A DNA stretch of 64,000 nt from Phycisphaerae bacterium (GTDB lineage Bacteria > Planctomycetota > Phycisphaerae > UBA1845). Within the stretch, counting starts at the first letter, position 1; the number at the start of each line of letters is the position of its first letter. Under the pieces are notes generated by a model, which saw only the letters and a list, made by a program, of their open reading frames with translations, was not told the origin of the DNA and did no database searches. This document shows positions 19,633 to 29,835 of this stretch, piece after piece. The position numbers were made by a program, and so were the translations under genes. The stretch covers positions 1,088,001 to 1,152,000 of the forward strand of contig CAXXGO010000006.1 of assembly GCA_963666835.2 (NCBI GenBank), given 5' to 3'.

Positions 19633-20442
19633 ATGAAGATGCGGTCCGGATGGTTGTGGGTTTTGGCCTTTGTACTGACGTTGGCTTCCGCGGTGTTTCA
19701 ACGCATGACCGGGCCGACATACCCCGTGCGGGGGGAAGTCGTCGTCGGCGGGGGGGGGGAAGTTGCGTTTCGGCTGCCCCGCAGCCATGGCGGTGCGGGC
19801 GATGCCGAGGTGCGCCTCGAAGTTCCGGACGAGTCCGTTAACGGGGTGATGGAGTACCGGCGGTATCGCAGCCACGATGATTGGGCCAAGCAATCGCTAG
19901 CTCGGGAAGGGGATTTGCTGGTGGCACAGGTTCCGCATCAACCGCCGGCCGGCAAGGTCATGTATCGAATCGAGTTAAGCAAGCCCGGACAGAGTGCCGT
20001 GTCCTTAACGAATGAACCGGTAATCATTCGTTTTCGCGGTGGCGTCCCGGCGTTTGCGCTGATCCCGCATATCATCCTGATCTTCGCCGCGATGCTGTAT
20101 TCGACGCGGACCGGACTGGAGGGTCTGGTCGGTGGCTCGCGGATAAGCCGGCTAACGATCTGGACGATCGGCCTGCTTCTCGTGGGAGGTTTGATCGGTG
20201 GTCCGGTGGTTCAGAAGTACGCGTTCGATGCGTTTTGGACCGGTTGGCCCTTCGGCCACGATCTGACCGACAATAAGACGGCAGTCGCTTTCGTCTTCTG
20301 GCTCATAGCCTTCTGGCGGATAAAGAAGAACGCGCATCCGCGGGGTTGGGCGATTGCCGCGTCGCTGGTGCTGCTGGCGATCTTCCTTACGCCGCACAGC
20401 TTGCTCGGCTCGGAGCTGGACTACACCCAAATGCCCTCGTAG
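19633..20442 (+). CDS. Hypothetical membrane protein
   Basis: N-terminal TM, FQRMTGPTYP, PHQPPAGKVMY, four C-terminal TM helices and WTGWPFGHDLTDNKT. ATG at 19633 chosen over the upstream TTG. Confidence 0.75.
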   Translation: MKMRSGWLWVLAFVLTLASAVFQRMTGPTYPVRGEVVVGGGGEVAFRLPRSHGGAGDAEVRLEVPDESVNGVMEYRRYRSHDDWAKQSLAREGDLLVAQVPHQPPAGKVMYRIELSKPGQSAVSLTNEPVIIRFRGGVPAFALIPHIILIFAAMLYSTRTGLEGLVGGSRISRLTIWTIGLLLVGGLIGGPVVQKYAFDAFWTGWPFGHDLTDNKTAVAFVFWLIAFWRIKKNAHPRGWAIAASLVLLAIFLTPHSLLGSELDYTQMPS

Positions 20443-20490
20443 GAATCCGGACAGTGCGGCCGCTTGCCGCGGGGCCTTCGGGCTTCGGCG

Positions 20491-22521
20491 TTACTTGATC
20501 GCCAATCGAAACTCGGCGTAGAACATGCGGGGGACTTCCGCATCGTTGAGGAACAGCGTGCTGCCCTCGTAGTGGTGCGAGTCGAGCAGGTTACGGACTC
20601 CCACGGCGATGGACGCGTGATCGTCGTGGAACTCATATTCTCCGCGCAGATCGAGGCGGAAGTACGAGTCTACCGGTTTGGGGCCGAACGGGTTGATGGG
20701 GTCGGGGGTTTTCACGTTGTCCACGTAGTACAGATGGCCCGACAGGTGAAGGTCATCAGTGGCGTCATAGCGCACGCCCACCATGAATTTGTGCTCGGGG
20801 GGGGAGATCAGCTCCTTCTCATGGAACGGGACGGACGATCTCCAGTTCAGCCGCTGATAAGAATAGTGCCCGAGAACGGTGAGCTGCTCGCTAACCCGAT
20901 ACTTGGCATCGAGTTCCGCTCCGTACAATGATGAGTCCGCCCGCGTGTCAATATCGAAACGAAGCAACCCGGGAGGTCCGAGAGTCGGGGATGCCGTAGA
21001 CATGTCAGCAGCTTCGTGCCAGAACAGGTTCGCGTTTGCTTCCAGGTTGCCGGTCGGCCGCACGCGGTATCCCAACTCGTATGCTACTACGGTCTCCGGT
21101 TTCAAATCACGTCTGCCAGTCACGACGGCCAGCTCGTTGAGCAGCGGCATCTCGAGGAACCGAAGCCCTGGCGGGTGAATATGCGCTGCGCGGGAAACGG
21201 CACCGTAGAGCAACGACTTTTCGTTCGGGGCAAACGACAAGGCCGCTCGGGCGCTTGGCTGGAAGCCGCCGTAGGACTCATAGTCGAGACGTCCGCCAAG
21301 GCTGAGAGCCCAGCGCGGGGCGAACTGCCAGTCATCCTGCACGTACGCGCCGACTATCGCCGTTCTCACGAAGTCCCTGGATAGCAGATAGGGGTCGGCG
21401 TTGCTTCCGTCCAGCAGGTCGACGCGCCCATCCACCCCCCAGGTCAGGACGTGTCCTTCGGTTGGCCTCGTCGTTTTTCGGACTTGTAGGGCGAGCTGTT
21501 GGTAGCGGTAGTCAAGCGCGGAGAATCCGGCGGATCCCTGAAAGTCGTTGACATACCCCGTCAACTCCAGCTCGCCTCCGTTTCCGGTCTGGCGCGTCCA
21601 ACTACCCAATATGTGTGACGCGACGGCCCCCGGGTTCTTGCGGGTGCCGATCCCCGCGGTAGGGGCGGGAGCGAACCCGCCGTCGAGCGTCCCGTTCCCG
21701 ATGGAGAGCGTGAAGGTCTCGTCCGGGCTCGCGTCGAAAATGGCGTAGAGGCCGATCCGCCCCGCTTTGAAGTCATCTTCGAGGCCTCGAACAAAGGACC
21801 CTCCCCTGAGGAAACCATCGCTGGCTTCGTACTCGCCGGACACTCGTATTCTCAGCCTCTCGTCTTCGAAGGCGTAGCCTACGTGCTGTTTGAGGGAACC
21901 GCGCGAACCGCCGCCGGACGTTACCGTTAGACCGAGTTGGTCTTTCGGGTCCTTGGTGATGATGTTCACCACGCCGTTGAGGGCGTTCGCACCCCACGTG
22001 ACTCCTCCGGGGCCGCGGACGATTTCAATCCGGGCGATGTCTTCGATTTGAAGCGGCCAAGCTCCCCAGAGCGTTCCGCCGAAGGCCGAGTCGTAGAGTT
22101 GGCGCCCATCGACGAGAACCAGGACCTGGCGGTTGGCGAAGCCGTGGAATCCGCGCGGCGAGACCGCCGCCGCGCCGTATAAGAGGTCCGCCACGTCCAT
22201 GCCGGGAACCAATCGCAAGGCGTCCGGAACCGACCGGGCCCCGGAACGCCGAATGTCCTCGGCGGTGATGACCGTGACGGCCTGCGGGATAGTCGAGATG
22301 TCCTGTTGGTGTCGCGCGGCCGTGGTGACCGTGGGAATCTCCAGCTCCAGGAGCCCGAGGTCATCAAGATCATCCGGGTCCCAAGTGGGCTCGGATTCGT
22401 CAGGGCGGGCCGCAGGGTCGGATGAGGGCTGATCCTCGGCGAGTGCGGAAGACACGTCGGGGATAGAGACTGCGATGGCGGCGCAGAGGAGGAGGGTTGC
22501 CGTGGGTTTCTTGTGCATCAT
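20491..22521 (-). CDS. TonB-dependent receptor (third paralogue)
   Basis: Signal peptide, plug VTVITAEDIRRSGARSVPDALRLVPG..IEIVRGPGG..GVVNIITK, and beta-barrel ending GVRNLLD..RMFYAEFRLAIK. Confidence 0.92.
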   Translation of the reverse strand: MMHKKPTATLLLCAAIAVSIPDVSSALAEDQPSSDPAARPDESEPTWDPDDLDDLGLLELEIPTVTTAARHQQDISTIPQAVTVITAEDIRRSGARSVPDALRLVPGMDVADLLYGAAAVSPRGFHGFANRQVLVLVDGRQLYDSAFGGTLWGAWPLQIEDIARIEIVRGPGGVTWGANALNGVVNIITKDPKDQLGLTVTSGGGSRGSLKQHVGYAFEDERLRIRVSGEYEASDGFLRGGSFVRGLEDDFKAGRIGLYAIFDASPDETFTLSIGNGTLDGGFAPAPTAGIGTRKNPGAVASHILGSWTRQTGNGGELELTGYVNDFQGSAGFSALDYRYQQLALQVRKTTRPTEGHVLTWGVDGRVDLLDGSNADPYLLSRDFVRTAIVGAYVQDDWQFAPRWALSLGGRLDYESYGGFQPSARAALSFAPNEKSLLYGAVSRAAHIHPPGLRFLEMPLLNELAVVTGRRDLKPETVVAYELGYRVRPTGNLEANANLFWHEAADMSTASPTLGPPGLLRFDIDTRADSSLYGAELDAKYRVSEQLTVLGHYSYQRLNWRSSVPFHEKELISPPEHKFMVGVRYDATDDLHLSGHLYYVDNVKTPDPINPFGPKPVDSYFRLDLRGEYEFHDDHASIAVGVRNLLDSHHYEGSTLFLNDAEVPRMFYAEFRLAIK

Positions 22522-24542
22522 TTGATCGCCATACGGAACTCGGCGTAGAACATGCGGGGGACTTCCGCATCGTTGAGGAACGTCGAGCCTCCTTCATAGT
22601 GATCCGGGTCCAGAAGATTGCGCACGCCGACCGCGATCGACGCTTGGTCGTTCCAGAATTCGTACTCCCCGCGGAGGTCGACCCGAACGTATGGTGCCTG
22701 GTGGCGAGGATGGAATAGATTGGCGGGGTTCGGGGCGAACGAGGCGTCTACGTAGTACACGTGACTGGATAGATGGAGATCGGGCGTCGGGCTGTACCTA
22801 ACGCCGACCATGGCCTTATGCGCCGGTGGGCTAATGGCGTCCTTGTCATGAAGGGGGGCCTTCACCCGCCAATCCAGATGCTGATACGTATAGTGCGCCA
22901 GGAGGGTGAACGAATCAGCCAGGGCGTAGCGTGCGTCGGCCTCGAATCCGTACACCGCGTTGGAGCCGCGGTTGTCAATATCGATGTGGATCAGCCCCGG
23001 GGGGCCGAGACGCGGAGAGAGCGTGTAGACGTCGGAGTACTGATGCCAATACACGTTCAGGTTGACGTGGAGTCGATCATCTTGGTAGCTCGCCCGATGC
23101 CCCAGCTCGTAGGCCATCACGGTTGCCGGGCGGATGGCCCGGTCGCTCTGGACTACTATCAAGCCGCCCAACAACGGGATGTCGGCGAAACGGGTCGCTC
23201 CCGGGAGCATGTGAAAAGCGCGAGAGACGGCTCCGAAGACACTCGAGTTGTCGGTCAGTTGATAGGAGAATGCCGCCCGCGCGCTGGGCTCGGTTCCGCC
23301 GTACGAGTCGTAGTCCAGCCGGGCGCCGAGGGTCGCGGTCCAGCGGTCTGTCGGCCTCCATTGGTTCTGGACGTAGGCGCCGATGATGAACGTGTTGACC
23401 AGGTCCTTCGAGAGCATGAATGGATCAGAGTTCGTCGTGTCGGCATGATCCAGGCGGGTGTCGATCCCCCAGGTCAGCGTGTGCCTCTCGGCCGGGCGAA
23501 ACGTGTGGCTGAGCTGCAGGGCGTATTGCTGATAGCGATAGTCTATCGATGACACTCCGTTGGACACGTGGGAGTCGTTCACGTAGGCGGTCAGGCTGAG
23601 GTCGTTGTCGGGGGCGATCCGCCGGTCCCATTTGCCGAGGATGAACGACGCCTGCGAGCCTGAGTTCCTCCGCTTCATCAACAGCCCCGCAGGTGGGGCC
23701 GGATAGCCCCCGTCCAACAGGGCGCTGCCGGCCGAGAGCGTCAGGCGGTCATCACCTTCTTCGAAGATGGCGTGGACGCTTGCGCGACCGCTCTTGTAGT
23801 CATCTGCCAGTGGGCGAAGGAAAGACCCGCCCTTGCGGAATCCGTCACTGGCCTCATATTCCCCAGAGACGCGCAGCCGGAGCCGATCATCCTCGAAGGC
23901 GTACCCCACGTGTTGCTTGAACGTCCCGCGCGATCCGCCGCCGCTCGTGGTCGTCAGTCCGAGCTGTTTGCGGGGGTCTTTGGTTATGATGTTGATGACC
24001 CCGTTGACGGCGTTGGCTCCCCAGGTGACCCCGCCGGGGCCGCGGATCACCTCGATGCGTTCGATGTCCTCGACCTGAAACGGCCAGCTTTCCCAGAGCG
24101 TGCCCCCGAAGACCGAATCGTAGATCTGCCTTCCGTCCACGAGAACGAGCACGTAGTTGGAAAGGAATCCGCAAGAGGCTCGGGGTGACACAGCGGCGGC
24201 ACCAAAGGCCAAGTCGGCGATATCTACGCCGGGGACCAGGCGGAGGGCGTCGGGGATCGACCGGGCGCCGGATTGGCGGATGTCCGCGGCGGTGATGACG
24301 CTCATGGCGTGCGGTACGGTCGTTATCTTCTGCTCGTGGCGGGCCGCCGTGATTACGACGGGAATCTCCAGGTCCAGCAGGTCGAGATCGTCGAGGTCAT
24401 CTGTTTCCGCGACCGGCTCGGCCTTGCCGGAATCGCTGGAATCGAGTTGGTCCTGGGCAATTACCGGCGACGCACCGGCGGCGAGCAGTGGGATGATGAG
24501 CCACTGAAGCCACGTCCGGAATGTTGCCTTTGTGTTCATCAC
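22518..24542 (-). CDS. TonB-dependent receptor (second paralogue)
   Basis: Same plug and barrel motifs; start and stop overlap both neighbours. Confidence 0.92.
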   Translation of the reverse strand: MMNTKATFRTWLQWLIIPLLAAGASPVIAQDQLDSSDSGKAEPVAETDDLDDLDLLDLEIPVVITAARHEQKITTVPHAMSVITAADIRQSGARSIPDALRLVPGVDIADLAFGAAAVSPRASCGFLSNYVLVLVDGRQIYDSVFGGTLWESWPFQVEDIERIEVIRGPGGVTWGANAVNGVINIITKDPRKQLGLTTTSGGGSRGTFKQHVGYAFEDDRLRLRVSGEYEASDGFRKGGSFLRPLADDYKSGRASVHAIFEEGDDRLTLSAGSALLDGGYPAPPAGLLMKRRNSGSQASFILGKWDRRIAPDNDLSLTAYVNDSHVSNGVSSIDYRYQQYALQLSHTFRPAERHTLTWGIDTRLDHADTTNSDPFMLSKDLVNTFIIGAYVQNQWRPTDRWTATLGARLDYDSYGGTEPSARAAFSYQLTDNSSVFGAVSRAFHMLPGATRFADIPLLGGLIVVQSDRAIRPATVMAYELGHRASYQDDRLHVNLNVYWHQYSDVYTLSPRLGPPGLIHIDIDNRGSNAVYGFEADARYALADSFTLLAHYTYQHLDWRVKAPLHDKDAISPPAHKAMVGVRYSPTPDLHLSSHVYYVDASFAPNPANLFHPRHQAPYVRVDLRGEYEFWNDQASIAVGVRNLLDPDHYEGGSTFLNDAEVPRMFYAEFRMAIK

Positions 24543-26647
24543 TTGATCGCTAATCGAAACTCGGCAAAGAGCATGCGAGGGACTTCCGCATCGTTGAAGA
24601 ACGTGGAGCCTCCTTCATAGTGATCCGGATCCAGCAGATTGCGCACTCCCACAGCGATGGACGCCCGATCATCCCAGAACTCGTATTCGCCGCGGAGGTC
24701 CAACCGCAGGTACGGATCCACGTGGCGAGGAGCGAACGGATTGCCGGGGTCCGGCGCGCAGGTGGCATCTACGAAGTGCAGGTGACCGGACAAGTGGAGG
24801 TCAGCCGTCGGGCTGTACCGGACGCCGATCATGGCTTTGTGCTTCGGTGGAGTAATAACGTCTTGCTCGTCAATGGAAGCCGCTACCGACCAGTTCAGTT
24901 GTTGATACGTGTAGTGCGCCAAAAGGGTGAACGAATCGGTCAGGGCGTAGCGGGCGTCGGCCTCGACTCCGTACAGAGCGTAAGGGCCGCGATTGTCGAG
25001 GTAGATGCAGGCCAACCCCGGAGGCCCCAGGCGAGGAGTAAGGGTGTAAGCATCGGAGTGCTCGTGCCAGAAGAGGTTCAGGTTGAGATGCAATCTGTCT
25101 TGCGCATGACGACCCCGGTAGCCCAGTTCATAGGCTATTACTGTCAGCGGTCGAACGTTGCGATCGCTCCGGACCTCCACCAACCCGCCGAACAACGGGA
25201 AGCTGAGGAAGCGTGCCGTTCCCGGGAGCATGTGAAATGCGCGGGAAACGGAGCCGAACATGCTGGAGTTGTCTGACAGTTGATAGGAAATCGCCGCCCG
25301 GGCGCTGGGTTCGAACCCGCCGTAGGAGTCATAGTCCAGCCGGGCGCCGATCGTCGCCGTCCAGCGGTCTGTGGGCCTCCATCCGTCTTGGACATAAGCA
25401 CCGACGATGAACATGTTCACCGGATCCTTCGAGAGCATGAGCGGATCGGAGTTCGTGGCATCGGCATGATCCAGACGCGTATCGATCCCCCAGGTCAGTG
25501 TGTGCTTATCGCTCGGGCGATAGGTGTGGCTGAATTGCAGGGCGTATTGTTGGTATCGATAGTCTATCGACGGCACGCCGTTGGAAACGTGGAAGTCGTT
25601 TACGTATCCGGTCACGCTGAGGTTGTTGTCGGGCGCGATTCGGTGATCCCACTTGCCGAGAATGAACGAGGCCTGCGAGCCCGAGTTTCTCCGTTTCATC
25701 AACAACCCTGCCGGTGGGGGCGGATAGCCTCCGTCCAGCAGGGCGTTGCCGGCCGAGAGCGTCAAGCGGTCATCCCCCTCGTCAACAATGGCGTGGACGC
25801 TTGCGCGACCGCTTTTGTAGTCATCATCAAGTCGGCGCAGAAGGGACCCGCCCTTGTGGAATCCGTCACTGGCCTCGTATTCGCCCGAGAAACGCAGGCG
25901 TAACCTGCCGTCTTCGAAGGCGTACCCTATATGTTGCTTGAACGTCCCACGCGATCCCCCGCCGCTCGTAATCGTCAGACCAAGCTGATCTCGGGGGTCT
26001 TTGGTTATGATGTTGATCACTCCGTTGACCGCGTTGGCTCCCCAGGTGACGCCGCCGGGGCCTCGGATCACCTCGATGCGTTCGATATCCTCCAACTGGA
26101 ACGGCCAGCTATCCCAGAGCGTGCCTCCGAAAACCGAATCGTAGATCTGCCTTCCGTCCACGAGCACGAGCGCCTGGTTGGAAAGGGCGCCGTGACTGCC
26201 TCGCGGGGATGCCCCGCTAATGCCGTAGGCGAGGTCGGCGAGGTCCATCCCGGGAACTAGCCGGAGGGCGTCGGCAATCGACCGGGCACCGGATTGACGA
26301 ATGTCCGCCGCCGTGATGACGCTCATGGCGTACGGGACGGCGGTTATCTTCTGTTCATGCCGGCCGGCCGTGACCACGGTGGGGACTTTCAGGCGTAGAA
26401 GGTCGAGGTCTTCGATGTCATCATGTACCGGAGTCTCGTTGGCCGTCGGGGCCGCCTCCGGCGGTAACTCCGGATCCTCTTGGGCGAAAACGGAAGTTGG
26501 CTGCCAGTATGCCGTCAGCAACGCTAAGGCGAGCAACGTGAGGACCGTCCGGGCGGCGGAAGCGCGGAGTTCGGGCAACGCGGCGAGCCTTGTAAGCCGC
26601 GCCTTTCGATGGTCGCGCGATGGGTTTTGTCCTTCGCGTCCGGTCAT
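24539..26647 (-). CDS. TonB-dependent receptor (first paralogue)
   Basis: Same motifs; long stretches near-identical to the second paralogue. Confidence 0.92.
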   Translation of the reverse strand: MTGREGQNPSRDHRKARLTRLAALPELRASAARTVLTLLALALLTAYWQPTSVFAQEDPELPPEAAPTANETPVHDDIEDLDLLRLKVPTVVTAGRHEQKITAVPYAMSVITAADIRQSGARSIADALRLVPGMDLADLAYGISGASPRGSHGALSNQALVLVDGRQIYDSVFGGTLWDSWPFQLEDIERIEVIRGPGGVTWGANAVNGVINIITKDPRDQLGLTITSGGGSRGTFKQHIGYAFEDGRLRLRFSGEYEASDGFHKGGSLLRRLDDDYKSGRASVHAIVDEGDDRLTLSAGNALLDGGYPPPPAGLLMKRRNSGSQASFILGKWDHRIAPDNNLSVTGYVNDFHVSNGVPSIDYRYQQYALQFSHTYRPSDKHTLTWGIDTRLDHADATNSDPLMLSKDPVNMFIVGAYVQDGWRPTDRWTATIGARLDYDSYGGFEPSARAAISYQLSDNSSMFGSVSRAFHMLPGTARFLSFPLFGGLVEVRSDRNVRPLTVIAYELGYRGRHAQDRLHLNLNLFWHEHSDAYTLTPRLGPPGLACIYLDNRGPYALYGVEADARYALTDSFTLLAHYTYQQLNWSVAASIDEQDVITPPKHKAMIGVRYSPTADLHLSGHLHFVDATCAPDPGNPFAPRHVDPYLRLDLRGEYEFWDDRASIAVGVRNLLDPDHYEGGSTFFNDAEVPRMLFAEFRLAIK

Positions 26648-27630
26648 CTGTTTCCCAATCTTGCGGTGTCGGGACCGAGCGTTCTCTCGTCGAGAGTTAT
26701 GTCGATCAGCTCCGCGGTTCTCTCGTTTACAGCGCGTATCACCCGCCGGGGATACTGCAGCCCGATCGCTTCGACGTTCTCTCCTCGCAGGACGCGATCG
26801 ATCAGCTCTGCGGTCTGCTGGCCAATCGCGTGGTTATCGCAGTAGATCCCGGTCAAAGCGCCGGCCGTTACAACATGGGAAGAGAATGCGGAGATCGGCT
26901 TCTTCTGACTAATGCCCCACAGCAAGAGCCGCTGGACAGTCAGCGAGTTGTATACCTGGGCGTCCGGGATCATCAGCGCGGCGTCACACTTATGACGCTT
27001 GAGCGCCTCGATGGCAGGCGGGAACTCGTCGCGGTTTGCGTCAATGAGCTGGACGGCAATCCCGACTTTATCTCCCGCGTTTCGGATTCTGCTTGCCGTC
27101 TTAAGGGAGCGGGCACTGGAGAGAATGCCGACGTTCTGAATGCCCGGACAGAGGGAGGTCAACCATCGGATCTGCTCGTCCGGGGCGATGTCCGTAGTGA
27201 TTCCGGCGACTCGATCGCGATGCGGCCCGTCTACTGACATAAAACTGGCATCGAGGGCGTTGGGGACTATGAAGAAGATGACCGGCACATCCGCCACGTG
27301 CTGCAGGGCAAGCAGGGTTGCCTTGGTTCCGCCGGTAGCGATGACGTCCGGCTTCGCAGCCGCGAGAGCGTCGAGGGCCTGTCTCTGGGCGGCAGTGTCT
27401 TTTCCCGACGGAAGTTCGATCAGGATCGACTCGTATCCGCTCTCGGCCAAGGTCTGGTTGAGGGCCGTAGCCGCTTCGCGGTGGCTTGGGTTGGCTCGAA
27501 ACAGAACCGCTACCTGGACTGCGGAGTCGTCGGCAGGCGGACCAGCGGCGCGCAACGGGTTCGAACCGCTGACCAGCGTGATCAACAGCACAACGAAGAC
27601 GAAGGGGCTGTGCCGGCTCCGGGAACGCAC
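26644..27630 (-). CDS. Periplasmic substrate-binding-fold protein (ABC_sub_bind/YfiR-like)
   Basis: Signal peptide, KPDVIATGG, PVIFFIV, DAALMIPDAQVY, AGAL..IGQQTAELIDRVLRG..AVNERTA. ATGA overlap with the first receptor. Confidence 0.8.
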   Translation of the reverse strand: MRSRSRHSPFVFVVLLITLVSGSNPLRAAGPPADDSAVQVAVLFRANPSHREAATALNQTLAESGYESILIELPSGKDTAAQRQALDALAAAKPDVIATGGTKATLLALQHVADVPVIFFIVPNALDASFMSVDGPHRDRVAGITTDIAPDEQIRWLTSLCPGIQNVGILSSARSLKTASRIRNAGDKVGIAVQLIDANRDEFPPAIEALKRHKCDAALMIPDAQVYNSLTVQRLLLWGISQKKPISAFSSHVVTAGALTGIYCDNHAIGQQTAELIDRVLRGENVEAIGLQYPRRVIRAVNERTAELIDITLDERTLGPDTARLGNR

Positions 27631-27927
27631 GTATCAACCCAGAAACACGATCTTCCGACTCTCTGACAATCCACCCCCCGACCTAGGGCAAGACACGCCC
27701 CGGTTATCGGCATTGCGGCGCCGCCGTTCGTGTTCTTCGCGCCGGGCACGGACTTGTTGAGGGTATTTCCGGCATGAAAATGCGTCACCGGAGCGCGCAG
27801 CTCCGTCGAGGAGGACCTTATTCAAGGTTGAATTTCCGCTGCAGATGGGGCGTCTTCCGACGCGGACGCCGGAGGCTTATGCTCCGATAACTCGGCAGCA
27901 CTGTGGAAAGCTCGACGAGGTCAACGA

Positions 27928-27961
27928 AGAAAGCCACCCCGGCGCAAACGCCGCGGTGGCT
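27928..27961 (-). terminator. Probable intrinsic terminator downstream of tRNA-Glu
   Basis: Hairpin AGCCAC(C)CCGGCG-CAAA-CGCCG(C)GGTGGCT followed by TTCTTC on the minus strand. Confidence 0.55.
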
Positions 27962-27968
27962 CTGTCGA

Positions 27969-28041
27969 CACCCCCAAGGGGACTCGAACCCCTGTCTTCA
28001 GGATGAGAACCTGATATCCTGGGCCGCTAGACGATGGGGGC
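27969..28041 (-). tRNA. tRNA-Glu (anticodon CTC), CCA not encoded
   Basis: The minus strand reads GCCCCCATCGTCTAGCGGCCCAGGATATCAGGTTCTCATCCTGAAGACAGGGGTTCGAGTCCCCTTGGGGGTG. It forms a cloverleaf with anticodon arm TCAGG-TTCTCAT-CCTGA and a GTTCGA T-loop. Confidence 0.97.
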
Positions 28042-28211
28042 CTGCTCTTATTTAGATATAGAATTAGGATCTCAGCGACGTTACGTCAAGACCCTATCCT
28101 CCAACTTGTTTGCTTCGATCATCAGAATCATCCCGAGCGGCCAAGATCTGGACAGCGGCTGCGCCGCGGCGATGATAGTTTTCCCGTGTGGGGAAGCTAT
28201 AGGAGACGAGC

Positions 28212-29720
28212 ATGACAACAACGAACAACGTTGACACGGTAGCCGGCCTGGAACCGGCGGCGGTCTGGAGTTTCTTTGCCCGAATCTCCGACGTGCCGCA
28301 TCCTTCGAAACACGAGGCCCAGGTCTGCAAACTGGTGCGGGGGTTGGCCGAAGAGCACGGTTTGACCGTTCGCCAGGACGCCGCCGGGAATCTGGTAATA
28401 GTCGTCCCGGCGTCACCGGGTTGCGAGGATGTTCCTATAACGGTGCTTCAGGGCCACGTCGATATGGTCGGAGAGAAGAACGCGGATTGCAGCCACGACT
28501 TCGAGAAGGATCCGATCAGGCTGGTTCTCGGGCAGGCCCCGGAGGGAGACGAGCAGGTCGTACGGGCAACCGGTACGACTTTGGGTGCGGACAACGGCAT
28601 TGGCGTTGCGATGGGGCTCGCAGTTGCGGTGTCTTCCGATGTAGTCCACGGCCCGCTGGAGATCCTCCTGACAGTTGACGAGGAAGCAGGCATGACCGGG
28701 GCGGGAGCCCTGGAACCGGGTTCTTTTGAGGGCAGGTGCCTGCTCAATCTGGACTCGGAAGAGGATGACGTTCTGTACATCGGCTGCGCCGGCGGGTGTG
28801 ATTGCACCCTTATTTGGGACCTGGATCTGGATCGTTCCGTCGATGGTGCGTCGGCCTGTAAGGTGAACGTGTCAGGGCTTCTTGGAGGTCATTCCGGATC
28901 GGACATAAACGAGAACCGAGCCAACGCCATCAAACTCCTTGTTCGAACGTTAAGGCGGGGTGGCAACGGCTCTGTACGCTTGGCGTCGCTCCGCGGCGGA
29001 TCGTTGCGCAACGCCATCCCGCGCGAAGCTGAGGCGGTGGTCGTGGGAGACGATGAGGCCCTGGTGTCGGTGAAGGCGGCGGCCCAAGCCGTGGCGGCCG
29101 AAGCTGTCCGGGAATCCGGGGAGCAGGGCATCTCGATCCAAGTCGAGGACGCGGACTTGTCCGAAATCGGGGGAGCGGTGTCCGGGGAAGACACCGGACG
29201 CCTGTTGGACGCGCTGGCGGCTCTCCCGCACGGCGTGCTCAGGATGCAAACGGAAATCGCGGGGCTGGTTGAGACGTCCAACAATGTCGCTACGGTTACC
29301 GGTACGGTGCAGGATGGTGGCAGCGTCTTACGGGTTGTCGTCGGCAACCTGACGCGGAGCTCCTCCGCTACGTGTAAGGAGCAGGCGGCCGACCAGATTG
29401 CCGCGGTTGGTCATCTTGCGGGGGCGGCCGTGGAGATCGGCGGCGCCTACCCGGGCTGGGAGCCGGACATGGACTCGCCCATTCTTGCCAAGTGCCGCCG
29501 CGTGTACGAACGGCTCTTCGGCGAGCAGCCGAACGTGACGGCGATCCACGCGGGGTTGGAATGCGGGATCATCGGTGAACGGGTGGGCGAGATCGACATG
29601 GTGTCGTTCGGCCCGCGGATTGAGGGGGCCCATAGTCCCGACGAGCGGGTGTACGTGGCGTCGGTCCAAAAATCGTGGAAGTACCTGCTGGCGGTTCTGG
29701 AGGAACAGACGCGCGGTTGA
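28212..29720 (+). CDS. pepD: Aminoacyl-histidine dipeptidase (M20 family)
   Basis: Motifs PHPSKHE, LQGHVDMV, TTLGADNGIG, TVDEEAGMTGA, NLDSEED, GGHSG, IHAGLECG and GAHSPDE. Confidence 0.93.
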   Translation: MTTTNNVDTVAGLEPAAVWSFFARISDVPHPSKHEAQVCKLVRGLAEEHGLTVRQDAAGNLVIVVPASPGCEDVPITVLQGHVDMVGEKNADCSHDFEKDPIRLVLGQAPEGDEQVVRATGTTLGADNGIGVAMGLAVAVSSDVVHGPLEILLTVDEEAGMTGAGALEPGSFEGRCLLNLDSEEDDVLYIGCAGGCDCTLIWDLDLDRSVDGASACKVNVSGLLGGHSGSDINENRANAIKLLVRTLRRGGNGSVRLASLRGGSLRNAIPREAEAVVVGDDEALVSVKAAAQAVAAEAVRESGEQGISIQVEDADLSEIGGAVSGEDTGRLLDALAALPHGVLRMQTEIAGLVETSNNVATVTGTVQDGGSVLRVVVGNLTRSSSATCKEQAADQIAAVGHLAGAAVEIGGAYPGWEPDMDSPILAKCRRVYERLFGEQPNVTAIHAGLECGIIGERVGEIDMVSFGPRIEGAHSPDERVYVASVQKSWKYLLAVLEEQTRG

Positions 29721-29835
29721 GGCTTGTACTTGGGTGGTTTCTTAGGACTTGGGGGGCTCCGCCGAACAAGGTGCCCCCTGATGGTCCGGACATGTGAACT
29801 GAAACGGCGCCGGGCGAAACGCGCCGAGCGAGGGA

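Noticed and set aside
20491..26647. Diversity-generating retroelement template/variable repeats at the similar receptor 3' ends
   Set aside because: No reverse transcriptase is present and the differences are not adenine-specific. Ordinary paralogy explains the similarity.
27631..27930. Cobalamin or other riboswitch upstream of the TonB receptor operon
   Set aside because: No B12-box or other recognisable conserved riboswitch motif is visible on the minus strand. An Infernal scan would be needed to exclude it fully.
27969..28041. tRNA-anchored integrative element or prophage
   Set aside because: No integrase and no duplicated tRNA 3' end were seen in the window.
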